Source of the DNA: a virus
Virus record (IMG/VR): IMGVR_UViG_3300033182_000652
Span: 2,541 to 66,540 of that record
Length of the DNA stretch: 64,000 bases
Strand: one strand, 5' to 3'
The notes beneath the pieces are model-generated. The model was not told where the DNA came from. It searched no databases and saw nothing but the letters and a program-made list of their open reading frames with translations. Positions 28,804 through 39,034 of the stretch are shown here, one piece after another (within the stretch, counting starts at the first letter, position 1; each line of letters begins with the position of its first letter). The translations under genes and the position numbers were made by a program.

Positions 28804-30321
28804 TTAGGATTTAGTTCTACGTGGATGTTTCTTAGGGAGAAGATCGTTATCGGTCGTGTACTTAGGATTCGACGGGTTACCGCTAGACACAAGTTTCAAG
28901 AATGCATTGACACGGCCCATCGCCCACTGCTGACGGCCCATCTTCGGACGGTGAGTAGCTGAGAAAGCACCGGCGCCTCTACGCCACACGGCCTTAAGCA
29001 TACCTAACGTCACCTTACGTTCAGGCTTGTTACGCTTCTCCATCTTCTCATTATGCTCTTTTACCTTGTTTTTCAACGAAGCCTCAACCGTAGCAGAAAG
29101 TTCAATCCCACCCAGCGTATTAGAAGCAGTCCCCGGCTTATTTCGTCTAGAACCACGGATACGTTCCGAAGGCTTCGCAGGCGTCTTAGGATCATTCGGG
29201 CCATAACGTCTAGCAGCCTTTTGACGAGTCTTCCAATTCTCAGGAATCAACTCGGTACGGCCCAAAGCACGAGCACGCTTCATAATATGCTTTTTCGCAG
29301 CTTCAGCATCCTTACCCAAACCATAAGCCTGGATAGCGTTACGCAAATCCCCAACATCCCGAATCGGGAACGAACCATCAGGCAACGCCCAACCACGCTT
29401 CGCATACTCCATCCGGCGACTACGAGTATAAAAACGTTTTTCCTCAATCGAATTAAACGACTTCTCAGTACCCTCTACACGAGCCACAATATTCTTCGCC
29501 CATGTATATCCCGCATCGCCACCCCACAAAGCGTGAGCAATTCGACCATTCGAGGGAAAGCCCTTTTCGCCCGGTCTAAACCCGTCAGCTTTTGCGTCAG
29601 ACTGGTGTCTATCAAAAAACGCCTTCATCCTCTTCACGGTCTTATACGGAAGATTCTTACCATTCGCAATGTCTCTAGCACGAGCAATACCTACAGCAGT
29701 GCCGCCACGCTTAAATTCTTTACGCCACTCCAACGCACGCTTCGCTTCCGCAATCATACCTTTCGTCGGAGTGAACGAATCAGAAGCCGTCACGGATTTA
29801 GCCGAAACCAAACCACCACCCGGCAACGTCTCAATACCACGTGGGCCACGCTCCCGAAGTTTCTCCCAGGCCCGCAAATCTGTAGCGACACGACGAGTTG
29901 GTCGCTTCAAACGCAAAACCGGAGAACCCCCGACACTCAAATGGCCATGAGCCGCATTGTAATCTTCAGGAGTCATACACGGCGCCCAAACCCCTTGCCG
30001 GGTCTGATGTGCACCGGCACACCCCATCTTGCTTGCGGCCTGTTCTGCAGCTTCACGAGTCGGGAACTTGTTCTTCCCTTTACCCTTCGCTTTCAACTCT
30101 AAAAAGTCGTAGAAGTTTTTCTTCTTCTGTTGACGCTTCTTCCACTCACGAAAAGCCGGGTTGCCGACAGCAATAAGCTTCTTAAGATCCTTGGGCGACT
30201 CACAAGGCCCCCAAGCATCCTCACCCACTTTGTGCGCCCCAGAACAACCCAAAATCTTCGACAGCTCTTTCGCCATCTTTTCGGTAGGGACAGTTTGTTC
30301 TTCTAATGGATCTTTAGCCAT
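28804..30321 (-). CDS. Modular head-associated protein
   Basis: Two GCxGAH..PC modules, a RGGTAVG...LWGGDAG domain, a PDGSFPI..NAIQAYG module and a RRGAGAF..QWAMGRVNAFL domain. Confidence 0.7.
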   Translation of the reverse strand: MAKDPLEEQTVPTEKMAKELSKILGCSGAHKVGEDAWGPCESPKDLKKLIAVGNPAFREWKKRQQKKKNFYDFLELKAKGKGKNKFPTREAAEQAASKMGCAGAHQTRQGVWAPCMTPEDYNAAHGHLSVGGSPVLRLKRPTRRVATDLRAWEKLRERGPRGIETLPGGGLVSAKSVTASDSFTPTKGMIAEAKRALEWRKEFKRGGTAVGIARARDIANGKNLPYKTVKRMKAFFDRHQSDAKADGFRPGEKGFPSNGRIAHALWGGDAGYTWAKNIVARVEGTEKSFNSIEEKRFYTRSRRMEYAKRGWALPDGSFPIRDVGDLRNAIQAYGLGKDAEAAKKHIMKRARALGRTELIPENWKTRQKAARRYGPNDPKTPAKPSERIRGSRRNKPGTASNTLGGIELSATVEASLKNKVKEHNEKMEKRNKPERKVTLGMLKAVWRRGAGAFSATHRPKMGRQQWAMGRVNAFLKLVSSGNPSNPKYTTDNDLLPKKHPRRTKS

Positions 30322-30322
30322 G

Positions 30323-30901
30323 TCACTTTCCTCGCTCTTCGCTAGGAACCGTCCCGCCGGTTAGTTTGATAAAGTCATAAGCGTACTTAGGGTTTTGTTC
30401 TTTCTCGACCTTGTTCAGTATCGCATAACTATATTCTAGTATCTCTCGCTGTGTAGCGTCGTCAATATCCGCTTCCGCCCCGGGCATGTTGATATTAATG
30501 CCCCAACCGAAAAAGATAGCTTCCATAAAAGCATCAACATCGGCAGGGGTCATCAAGCGAGTGTTCATCGAAAAGAAAAAGATGTAATCTGCCAACTCGC
30601 TATCAGGTATGGCCTCAATGCGCTGCTTAGTCAACATCGCCTGAGCGTTAAACTCATCAATGTTTGTGTACGCCTCAGAATACTCTGACCTGTCAATCTC
30701 AGACAGCTCGGGAAAGAAGAACCTGAGACGCTGCTCAGTAAACATGGGGACATCAAGTGGACGAAGCTTCTCTATCTCAGCAAACGCACGATCGACCTTG
30801 GCCTGACTATGCATAGTTGAATGCGCCTCAGCTGACCGAGGGTCCTGCACTCGGATAATAACGAAAGCATCATCTGTTGTCTTGTAGTATGTCTCGTTCA
30901 T
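30323..30901 (-). CDS. Hypothetical protein
   Basis: 192 aa, tightly coupled to neighbours. Confidence 0.7.
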   Translation of the reverse strand: MNETYYKTTDDAFVIIRVQDPRSAEAHSTMHSQAKVDRAFAEIEKLRPLDVPMFTEQRLRFFFPELSEIDRSEYSEAYTNIDEFNAQAMLTKQRIEAIPDSELADYIFFFSMNTRLMTPADVDAFMEAIFFGWGININMPGAEADIDDATQREILEYSYAILNKVEKEQNPKYAYDFIKLTGGTVPSEERGK

Positions 30902-31104
30902 ACGTTAACCTCTTCAATGTTCCACATGGTTGCACCACGACCCACTAGGTCTCTAATGCTAGTGAAATTTTTACCTTCTGCCCATTGAGTCATATCTAAG
31001 TGTAGTTGAGGATCATAGAACTGCATGTCGATTAGTTCACCATTTTCAAAAACGACGTAACCGTAAGGTTTACCATCATAGGAGAAGTTGTATCGCTTAG
31101 CCAT
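30898..31104 (-). CDS. Small hypothetical protein
   Basis: MAKRYNF start with GGAG RBS, overlapping the upstream stop. Confidence 0.6.
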   Translation of the reverse strand: MAKRYNFSYDGKPYGYVVFENGELIDMQFYDPQLHLDMTQWAEGKNFTSIRDLVGRGATMWNIEEVNV

Positions 31105-31330
31105 CTGACTGCTCCATTTCTTCCATGAGTTGCTCATACTTTCGAGCAAGACTCTCGAAACCTTCGTTTCTAAAATGTTGAATTAAGTTAGGATAGTCAA
31201 CTTCTAGTTCGTCTTCCCCCAACTCTTCGTCTCTAAGCTGCTCCATCCCTAATTCAACGTCAGCCCTTGAAGAAAAATCAGAATAATCTACCTCTACAAA
31301 AGAATTTTCATTAAAAGTACTCATGCTCAC
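31097..31330 (-). CDS. Small acidic hypothetical protein
   Basis: Coupled to the stop of the 902-aa gene; very acidic. Confidence 0.65.
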   Translation of the reverse strand: MSMSTFNENSFVEVDYSDFSSRADVELGMEQLRDEELGEDELEVDYPNLIQHFRNEGFESLARKYEQLMEEMEQSDG

Positions 31331-34035
31331 ATTAGTCCAGTCAGTAGTCCTGCTCTATCTTCAATCTCAGTATATTGTTCAGTCGGTAACGTAGCGCCTA
31401 CAGCCTCAGCGTACTTCTGTAAGTACAAAGCTCTAAACTGTTCTTCATCTATAACACCCATTTCTCTAAGAGTCTTATAAATATCTTCAGCGACACCATC
31501 TTTCAAATCTGAGTTTATCCACAGTCTCCGTTGCTGCTCCCACAAAATTGACTGCATTTCTCTTGGTAAAATACCATATTCAGCGGCTTTGCGCAAGGCG
31601 GCTTCTCTAGCCAGCCAATACCCGCCACTGAAACCGCCCGTGGTAGATTTAGTAGCGAACATAGAGGAGATGCTTTCAATACCCTTTTTGGGAATTATAC
31701 GATCTTTCCACGGCGCAGGGTTATTTTCTTTAGTTATTGTAAACGATCCGCCCGCCGGTATAAGCGACACAGCATTGAAATGATGGGTATCAGCAGTTAA
31801 GCTCTGAAAGCGAGTGTCTGCAGGATCTACAATATTATTATAAAATGACCTAACTTTAGCATCAGTCCCTAACTCGCCTGAAATATGCGTTGTCACATAT
31901 TCTTGGGTAGTCATGTCTTTACTGGCTTCATCCGCAGCTAATAAACGAAAAGCTTTTTCATAAGTAGATGCGCCCTGACGAGCCTCTTCAAAAAATTCTT
32001 TTTCTGCCGCAGATGCTTTATTAGGATTGTAAGCTTTTCCAAATTTTTTGAAAAACTTTTCCTCAGCACCTCTGAATTTATAGGTACTATGCATACCAGT
32101 CGAAGCGTCGCCATCTAGCATAGTCAACGAGTAGGAACCATCACCTGATTGTGAAGGAGTAATCCCTACTTTCTTTAAGCCGCCTTCTCCACCAAAATCT
32201 TTTACCTTACTTCGCAAATACACCGAAACAAACCCACCACCCTGATCCTGTAGTGGCTTACCTGCTTCCCCACCCAAGCCTTCCATAAACTCAGCAGGAG
32301 ATAAACTTTCAATATCAGCAACGTGTGCTTCAGCTTCAACTAGGGCTTCACCTTTTTTATACTTGAGACCATTCCTCTTCGCTTTTAAATAAGAGTCTTG
32401 AACTTTTTTCGCAGCAAACTCATCAATAACATCATTTTGCTTCCACACTCTAGCAGCGTGGACAGCTAACGCAACATTGTCTCTCCAGTCAGTTCCCGCT
32501 GAAAATATGGCTAGTAGTGCAGCAGCCGTTTCTGGGCGAATACCCAACTCATCCGCCATGTTCCCTGCCAAATTGTTTGCCACACTGTACCAAGCCTGAG
32601 TTTCTTTTGCAGCATCAGTGAGTTGCCCATCAACTAACATTGGGCTATCATAACCCGGCGCAGTTTGAGATAACAATAAATCAATATTTCCCTCAAAGTG
32701 AGAAATAATAGATTCTAAAGCTTCTTCAACTTGATCTTCACGTAAATTACGCAAGTTACCTGCCTTGCGTTTACTGCCTTTACCACCACTACTCTTATAT
32801 GTCAGGTTTAAGCCAAGTACCTGCTCAAGATGAGGCATTGACTTTACAATATCAGCAAGAACCGCTTTCTTCTCTCTAGCCTTTAAAGCAGAAAAATCTT
32901 GACTTCTAGCAGCAGCACTTTTAGGGGCTGTACCGCCAACTACACTAGCGCCCGAACGCTGCGGAGCTTCAGCACCATCTAACAAATCTAATATCTCTTC
33001 AGGGGCAACCAAACGCAACGTCGCCATCCGATCCGAAACCGAATCATGCTTACTACGCATACCGTCCCTATTAGAAGTCGGTAACCTGCCAGTATCGGCC
33101 ATAAAACGTTTAAGACCAGCAATATTTCCCTCATCATTAAGTTGCGCCGACAAACGCTGCAACGACTCTAAAACCTTCTCCCGATCATCACTACCCAACC
33201 TACGCTGCAACTCCACCACAGCCGGATGGTTAGCTTCCACAGCATCCTCAACAAACCGTTGCAAACCCTGACGATCTCTCCGCTCAACACCTATAAAATG
33301 CCCAGAATGCGAAACCGGATGCAAACTTACACCATCATCATCCGAAGAACCCATAATGTCCAAAGGACTACGAGCCGGGTTAGACAAAACAAAATCCATC
33401 AAAACCATACGAACCACGTCATCCGTATCAGCCTCTGACAAACTTTGCGCCGGAACTAAGTCACGAGTATCGCCAGCTACAACCGAATCAGGCATCTCAA
33501 TCAACACCGCAAACGACCCATTCTCGCCCAGGTCACTAGCAACACGAATACGGCCCTGAGCAAACCCAAACTCTTCAGCAACACGAGAAGCCAAAATCTC
33601 TACACGGCCAGAATCTGCCACAGTATCGTTACCATCATACCTCTTCAAACCATACACAATCCCATTAGACGTATCCCGAACCTTCAACATCCCTGCTTGA
33701 TCCGAAATGGTTTCAAAACGCCCACTTCCATTGGCAATATCCTGCACAATCGTCTCGGCTAAAAGCTGGTCAGGTACCGCACCCAGCGAACCATTCTGAC
33801 CAGAAACATGCGTTACAGCAGCCTCAATATCAGTAATCGCCGTGGATTGAATGACCTTAGGCGCTCCGCTAGGCTCACGATCCGGAGCCATATCCGAACG
33901 ATAGTTCGGACTATAACGCTGAGCCACCCCATTAGGTTTACGTGGACGCTTAGGATGAACCTCACAGAAAAGCTTTTCAGAAATCTGTTCAATTATTTTG
34001 TTAGTAATAAAACTCTGTGTAGAAAAATCAGACAT
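31327..34035 (-). CDS. Polyvalent protein: degenerate HipA/PI3K-like kinase fold plus alpha-helical DNA glycosylase-like domain
   Basis: YGLKRY..EILASRVAEEFG..DFVLSNPAR; AWY..A..AAALLAIFS..W..NV, KVRSFYNNI, TADTHH, PREMQSILW. Confidence 0.55.
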   Translation of the reverse strand: MSDFSTQSFITNKIIEQISEKLFCEVHPKRPRKPNGVAQRYSPNYRSDMAPDREPSGAPKVIQSTAITDIEAAVTHVSGQNGSLGAVPDQLLAETIVQDIANGSGRFETISDQAGMLKVRDTSNGIVYGLKRYDGNDTVADSGRVEILASRVAEEFGFAQGRIRVASDLGENGSFAVLIEMPDSVVAGDTRDLVPAQSLSEADTDDVVRMVLMDFVLSNPARSPLDIMGSSDDDGVSLHPVSHSGHFIGVERRDRQGLQRFVEDAVEANHPAVVELQRRLGSDDREKVLESLQRLSAQLNDEGNIAGLKRFMADTGRLPTSNRDGMRSKHDSVSDRMATLRLVAPEEILDLLDGAEAPQRSGASVVGGTAPKSAAARSQDFSALKAREKKAVLADIVKSMPHLEQVLGLNLTYKSSGGKGSKRKAGNLRNLREDQVEEALESIISHFEGNIDLLLSQTAPGYDSPMLVDGQLTDAAKETQAWYSVANNLAGNMADELGIRPETAAALLAIFSAGTDWRDNVALAVHAARVWKQNDVIDEFAAKKVQDSYLKAKRNGLKYKKGEALVEAEAHVADIESLSPAEFMEGLGGEAGKPLQDQGGGFVSVYLRSKVKDFGGEGGLKKVGITPSQSGDGSYSLTMLDGDASTGMHSTYKFRGAEEKFFKKFGKAYNPNKASAAEKEFFEEARQGASTYEKAFRLLAADEASKDMTTQEYVTTHISGELGTDAKVRSFYNNIVDPADTRFQSLTADTHHFNAVSLIPAGGSFTITKENNPAPWKDRIIPKKGIESISSMFATKSTTGGFSGGYWLAREAALRKAAEYGILPREMQSILWEQQRRLWINSDLKDGVAEDIYKTLREMGVIDEEQFRALYLQKYAEAVGATLPTEQYTEIEDRAGLLTGLM

Positions 34036-34036
34036 C

Positions 34037-37000
34037 CTAACACCCTATCTCATTAATGTCTGCCGAAGAAAGATCAATAACACCTTCACCAAGCGCAAAC
34101 TCACCAAGATTCTGATTGCTTCTATCTGCATAACTACCCAAATTATTAATCTCATCAACAGATGTTATTCTACTACCAGAACCTGCCGGAATAAAGTCAT
34201 TGACTTCATCCATCAAAGCGAGGGCCTCAGCATTGTTAAATGATATATAAGAGTCTTTGAACAACTTCACAACATGGCCCTCATGTTTGCTACCAGTCTC
34301 AGGCCGCAAAGCTTGTATGAATTCAGGATGCTGTGCCCAGTCTTTAAATTTCTCATCACCGAGCTGCAAATTTTGATTTAGTAGCGAGGCTACACGATCT
34401 CGCTTACTGTCGTCTCCGTTGAAAACCAGCAATGCAGTAATCTGGTAACGAGACAACGACTGACCTTTATCTATAGCGTCTTTAGCCCCGTCATAGTTCT
34501 TAACCAAATCCCTAAACGCTAAATTCAGATTTTTAATCTTATACTCCGAGGTAGAACGGACACCTTTCTTCGGCCAAACGTATTTACCGTCCCAACCCAC
34601 ATCAAGCTTATGATTCTCTTTAAAGCCCGCAGCAAACGCCATACCTAAGTATCTAGCGTTAAGCATATCAGAAATTCCACGCTTTCTATTGTCCAACTTT
34701 AGAATACTGCCATCAGGTAAAGGCACTGAAAAAGGAAACTCTGGATTATCTCTAGAGTTTACAACTACATAGTCGTGCTGTACGCTATAACCTCCATCAG
34801 ATGAGAAAGCTAAAGTACGTACCACATTACCCGTGGGGCTGACCTTCTGACGAGTTAACTCATTCCCGTCCTCATCAAATACCGTCACATAGAAATCAGA
34901 AACCAAACCCAATTCACCGTATGTACCAATATAAACACTGTCTACATTTGACACATTATCAATCTCAACCCTTACTGGTCTATCGTCATCTGTTCTAGCG
35001 TCATACGCAGCTACGATCGTACGCTTGCTGCGATCTCTAGCATCTTTTGTATCAGACGCATTTAACAGCTTCATCGCCCACTCGCCTAGTTTTCCTTCAG
35101 ACTGAAGCCGATTTAAAGTGTCATGAGGTGTTTCACCCGGAAGCGAAACATCATATTCCTCTGGTGTTAGCCCCGAAAGCCCAAACGTCAGAATTCCCTG
35201 CGTGCTTGCTTTCTTCCTTTCCCGGATAGCAACCTGCCAGACAGGAACATCGTTTGGTCCAGGCAGCAAATCAGGGTCATTCACGACATAATTAATTTTT
35301 CCAGCAACATCGCCTATTGATTTGGCACGGGCATCTCTAAATTCTGTTTTGAAAGCAATCAAAGCCGCCAAATTTTGTTCTGCGCCGTCCACCCCATACA
35401 AGTTATCAATAGACATCTGCAAAGATGCCATAGCGACCACAAACTCACGATCACTAATACTTCTGGCAAGTCTCTCAATATCTCGATCGTTATCTAAGAA
35501 CTGACTATACAATCTGTCCAGATCCTCGCCCGCTCTAGACATGTTTGAGCTAACACGCTGCAACTCAAAACCACGCTTCATATGAGAGATCGTGTCTTTC
35601 AGAACTCGTTCAGTCACTGCTTTATCTTCTGCTGAATAAGTTAATCCAGCAGCATCGGCACGCCTAAACATATCACGAATCCTGACATCAGCAACTGATT
35701 CATACATGCTCACGTTGTCTACATTAAAAACAAAATGTCTCAACACTCTCTCAAGCTCTTTTTCCATGACAACGTTCTTAGTGAAAAGATCGTACGCATC
35801 GCCTTCCGAAGCATTTAACTGAGCGTAAACACGGTCAACCATGCGTGCCGCATAATCGTCAACATTATCAAGATACTCGTTTTCTGAAGTAGACGTGATG
35901 AGGTAAATCAAAGCCTCTTCAGATCTTTCAGAACTTGGCCGATCCAACTGACCTAACTCGCGCCTTCTTCTGTCTGCCGTTAAATCGTAAATGTTGTCAT
36001 AAGCCATGCTTAACGTTCTGCGATCGGGGCCGTATCCTTCCGTCTCAGCAATCCGCCCTAACGCATAAGACAAATACGAGTACTCTTCCAAAGAAAGACT
36101 ATCCGGATCCTCATCAACTTTCGCCACATACTTCGATACCTGATTCACCATGGCATCACGGAATTGCGCCTGCGTAAACCCCAACCTGCGATCTTCCTCA
36201 TCAGTTTCAGGCATCGGTAACTGGTCAAGCAGATCAGCATAATCAACCATGCTTGCCACGTCCCACAAGCCATCTTGATCGTTCAAATCTATCAAAGCTT
36301 CAATGCGTTCTTCTGCGCGCTCGCCCGCCGACAGGGCCGTCACGCCCTCTTCTGTAACTTCATCAACCGTAGTAGCTACACGCTGATTATTCGCAATATC
36401 GACCAAACGCTCAGCTATAGATTCAATTCTACTTTCAGCACGAGCATCTCTAAGTCGAATACCATAAAAATCTAGATACGCCTGACGTTGCGCCTCAATC
36501 GTGGCAATGTCCTGCAATCGTGAAGCCAGCGCCTCCCACGAAGGCTCATCCAACTCTTCGCTGCCATCTACAAACTTCAGCTGGTTCAATGCAGCCAATA
36601 AATCTGTGCCGATATTATCTAAAGCCGCACGCACATCATCAGTCAACTGAGGAGCGCTCACAGGAGTCAGCCTATCCAACTGATCGACAGGAGGAAGCCG
36701 CTCTGACAACTTGTCAAAGTCCTCCATAACCTCATCAAGAGCAGCCTGAGTCTTAAATACACTTTGCCTGAAACTGCCCTCTTCGATATCATCTACAACG
36801 ACACCAGCCAAGCGGCCCGAGCCAGGTCTGTTGCGGGCAAACGTACCGCGAGCATCCTGCAAATTGCCCAAACTCAACATCGTGGAAGTATTCAAGCTAC
36901 GGCCACAAGTAGTGCCCCGCATATTCGTTAACTGACCGCCCCCAGTAAAACCAGGGGGACAACGATAACGACTAATCGACGGATCAAAAAACGCCAACGC

Positions 37001-38860
37001 CGAAGCAAACCCGCCCAACGCCCGGCGCAAAGGAACACCGCCAGGACGAACACGTTTAAAGTTCACACCACCCAAATACGCCTGATCCTTATAGGCGTCC
37101 ACCTTAAACGCAATATCCGCCTGATACTCTTTATAGAGTGTATCGGGTTGGACCGCCTTTGCGGTTATGAAAAAAGGGTTTACGGACTTGCCCTCCGGAA
37201 CAAGTTCAAAGATCGGGGCGTCCTTAGCACGACGTGGTGCAGAACGAGACAAGAACGTTTCGTAAACCCACTGAGGAACCTGAAGAACCTTACCCCCAGG
37301 ACCCTGTACCTTAACCAGTGTATTATCGGGCTTTTCAACAGTAAGGCGGCCCTGCTCGTTGAGGTTACCGAACTCAACCACGAACTTGCCGCCAGAGTCG
37401 TCAGCGAACCCTCGCAGACCGGCAGTCGGGTCGGGAAGATCAGCGTCACGAGAAATACGGGTAGGTAGGGCACGAGTTAGTGAGCTACGATCCGCAGGAC
37501 TAAGCTCGCCACCTTCTCTACCGAAACGAACAACACCAACCTCAGGAATAGCAAAGTACACATCTCTAAAGCCAGCGTTCAAAGACTGTACGGCTTCAAT
37601 GACTTCCGGAGTGTCAAACGAAGCATCAGTGTTTCTAACAACTAGCGAACCATCGACAACATCGTCAAAGTCGCCTGTCTGGTTAGCGAAGAAACTCAAA
37701 CCGGCTACGGGTTCTAGAATCACGCCGTCTCGCTTGGACACTCGAATATTCCAACGAGTATCACCAATAGCGTTAAGAATAGTGTTCACACCAGAAGCTC
37801 TAGCAGTAACATTCACTTTCTTCGGAGTTGACGGAATCTGCGCAGCACGAATAAACACGCCAGGGTTTTTCTGAGACCGCAAATCGCCAATACTCGAAAT
37901 AAGCTCAGCGTTTCTCGCTAACCGGGCAAGTGCACGACCCGTACCGCCAAGAAGCGAACCCGGACCAAAGTTCGGAATACCAAGAATCTGAGCACCGCAA
38001 GTACTGAAACGGCGATCCGTGAACGTACCGCCGTTCTCAAACCCAGGCGGACAACGGAACCGGTTACGAGCACCACGCCCCGAACGGCCCAATAGGCGAC
38101 GACCCGCACCCGCCAAACGACGGCCACGACCGCTACCTCCACCCGGTGTCAACGTTCGATAAATTCCGGAACGCAGCGCAGAACGAGGCGACCTGACAGG
38201 GCTGATATTTCCAGGCAGCGCAGTAGAACCGACAGCCTGAGCTGCCTGACCAAAGCGACTGTTCGAACCGAAAATACCTACACGCTTAACAGAAAGCTCA
38301 TCATTCTCAACAGCAACAGGCGTATCCAAATACTGCCTAAAAATAGCAGCCTTCATGTCAACAACATTCTGACGGCCAGCAATCGGTTGAACCAAAATAC
38401 CACCATAAGCACGAGACTCACTCACAGCATAACGCAAAGAAGAACCAGAATACTCTGGCCGACTCAAATCAACAGACTTCGCTTTTCTAACAGCAGAACG
38501 AACACGACGAGTCAACTTACCACGACGCTTACGCTTACCCTTACCGCCACGGCCATGATGATTGCCCTCATTCGGCCACTTACCAGTCAACTCGTGGTGA
38601 AGCCAAGCACAAATACGCTGAGGCCGACCACCAAACTGCGGCTTGTCCATCAAGATAACAACACACCGACGGAAGCCACCCGGCTTCTTCATGATCGGAC
38701 GCCAATACTTCAGCAGATCTTCAAGATTGCCACGACGAGGACCACGGCCACGAGTTAAAGCAGTTAACTGATCGGCGTTAGGGCCAATTTCAGGACCAAC
38801 CTTAGCAAAATAAGGCCCGATTTCAGGAGTTTCAATTTCCATCATCAGAAGCCTTTCCAT
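34037..38860 (-). CDS. Giant head-region protein with RCPPGF repeats and C-terminal GNAT-like domain
   Basis: N-terminal PGGFRRC..RICAWLHHELTGKWP; two RCPPGF..GG..T....CG; RKRGIS...DGKYVW. Confidence 0.6.
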   Translation of the reverse strand: MERLLMMEIETPEIGPYFAKVGPEIGPNADQLTALTRGRGPRRGNLEDLLKYWRPIMKKPGGFRRCVVILMDKPQFGGRPQRICAWLHHELTGKWPNEGNHHGRGGKGKRKRRGKLTRRVRSAVRKAKSVDLSRPEYSGSSLRYAVSESRAYGGILVQPIAGRQNVVDMKAAIFRQYLDTPVAVENDELSVKRVGIFGSNSRFGQAAQAVGSTALPGNISPVRSPRSALRSGIYRTLTPGGGSGRGRRLAGAGRRLLGRSGRGARNRFRCPPGFENGGTFTDRRFSTCGAQILGIPNFGPGSLLGGTGRALARLARNAELISSIGDLRSQKNPGVFIRAAQIPSTPKKVNVTARASGVNTILNAIGDTRWNIRVSKRDGVILEPVAGLSFFANQTGDFDDVVDGSLVVRNTDASFDTPEVIEAVQSLNAGFRDVYFAIPEVGVVRFGREGGELSPADRSSLTRALPTRISRDADLPDPTAGLRGFADDSGGKFVVEFGNLNEQGRLTVEKPDNTLVKVQGPGGKVLQVPQWVYETFLSRSAPRRAKDAPIFELVPEGKSVNPFFITAKAVQPDTLYKEYQADIAFKVDAYKDQAYLGGVNFKRVRPGGVPLRRALGGFASALAFFDPSISRYRCPPGFTGGGQLTNMRGTTCGRSLNTSTMLSLGNLQDARGTFARNRPGSGRLAGVVVDDIEEGSFRQSVFKTQAALDEVMEDFDKLSERLPPVDQLDRLTPVSAPQLTDDVRAALDNIGTDLLAALNQLKFVDGSEELDEPSWEALASRLQDIATIEAQRQAYLDFYGIRLRDARAESRIESIAERLVDIANNQRVATTVDEVTEEGVTALSAGERAEERIEALIDLNDQDGLWDVASMVDYADLLDQLPMPETDEEDRRLGFTQAQFRDAMVNQVSKYVAKVDEDPDSLSLEEYSYLSYALGRIAETEGYGPDRRTLSMAYDNIYDLTADRRRRELGQLDRPSSERSEEALIYLITSTSENEYLDNVDDYAARMVDRVYAQLNASEGDAYDLFTKNVVMEKELERVLRHFVFNVDNVSMYESVADVRIRDMFRRADAAGLTYSAEDKAVTERVLKDTISHMKRGFELQRVSSNMSRAGEDLDRLYSQFLDNDRDIERLARSISDREFVVAMASLQMSIDNLYGVDGAEQNLAALIAFKTEFRDARAKSIGDVAGKINYVVNDPDLLPGPNDVPVWQVAIRERKKASTQGILTFGLSGLTPEEYDVSLPGETPHDTLNRLQSEGKLGEWAMKLLNASDTKDARDRSKRTIVAAYDARTDDDRPVRVEIDNVSNVDSVYIGTYGELGLVSDFYVTVFDEDGNELTRQKVSPTGNVVRTLAFSSDGGYSVQHDYVVVNSRDNPEFPFSVPLPDGSILKLDNRKRGISDMLNARYLGMAFAAGFKENHKLDVGWDGKYVWPKKGVRSTSEYKIKNLNLAFRDLVKNYDGAKDAIDKGQSLSRYQITALLVFNGDDSKRDRVASLLNQNLQLGDEKFKDWAQHPEFIQALRPETGSKHEGHVVKLFKDSYISFNNAEALALMDEVNDFIPAGSGSRITSVDEINNLGSYADRSNQNLGEFALGEGVIDLSSADINEIGC

Positions 38861-39014
38861 CGTCCAAGGGGACGTACTCTACAAGCACATCATCCTGATA
38901 AAAGTATTTTACCGTATCTTCGTGCCAACTATCGCCTACAACAGCATTGCTGCCTACATTAAATAACGCCTCATTTGCCTGACTGATCACTTGCTCTAAG
39001 CGAGCGGGTCTCAT
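38832..39014 (-). CDS. Small hypothetical protein
   Basis: 60 aa filling the gap between two long genes. Confidence 0.5.
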   Translation of the reverse strand: MRPARLEQVISQANEALFNVGSNAVVGDSWHEDTVKYFYQDDVLVEYVPLDDGKASDDGN

Positions 39015-39034
39015 AAGCTACAACCCCTTCCGGA

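Noticed and set aside
29053-30102. 349-aa plus-strand ORF
   Set aside because: Shadow of the 505-aa modular head gene; no motifs.
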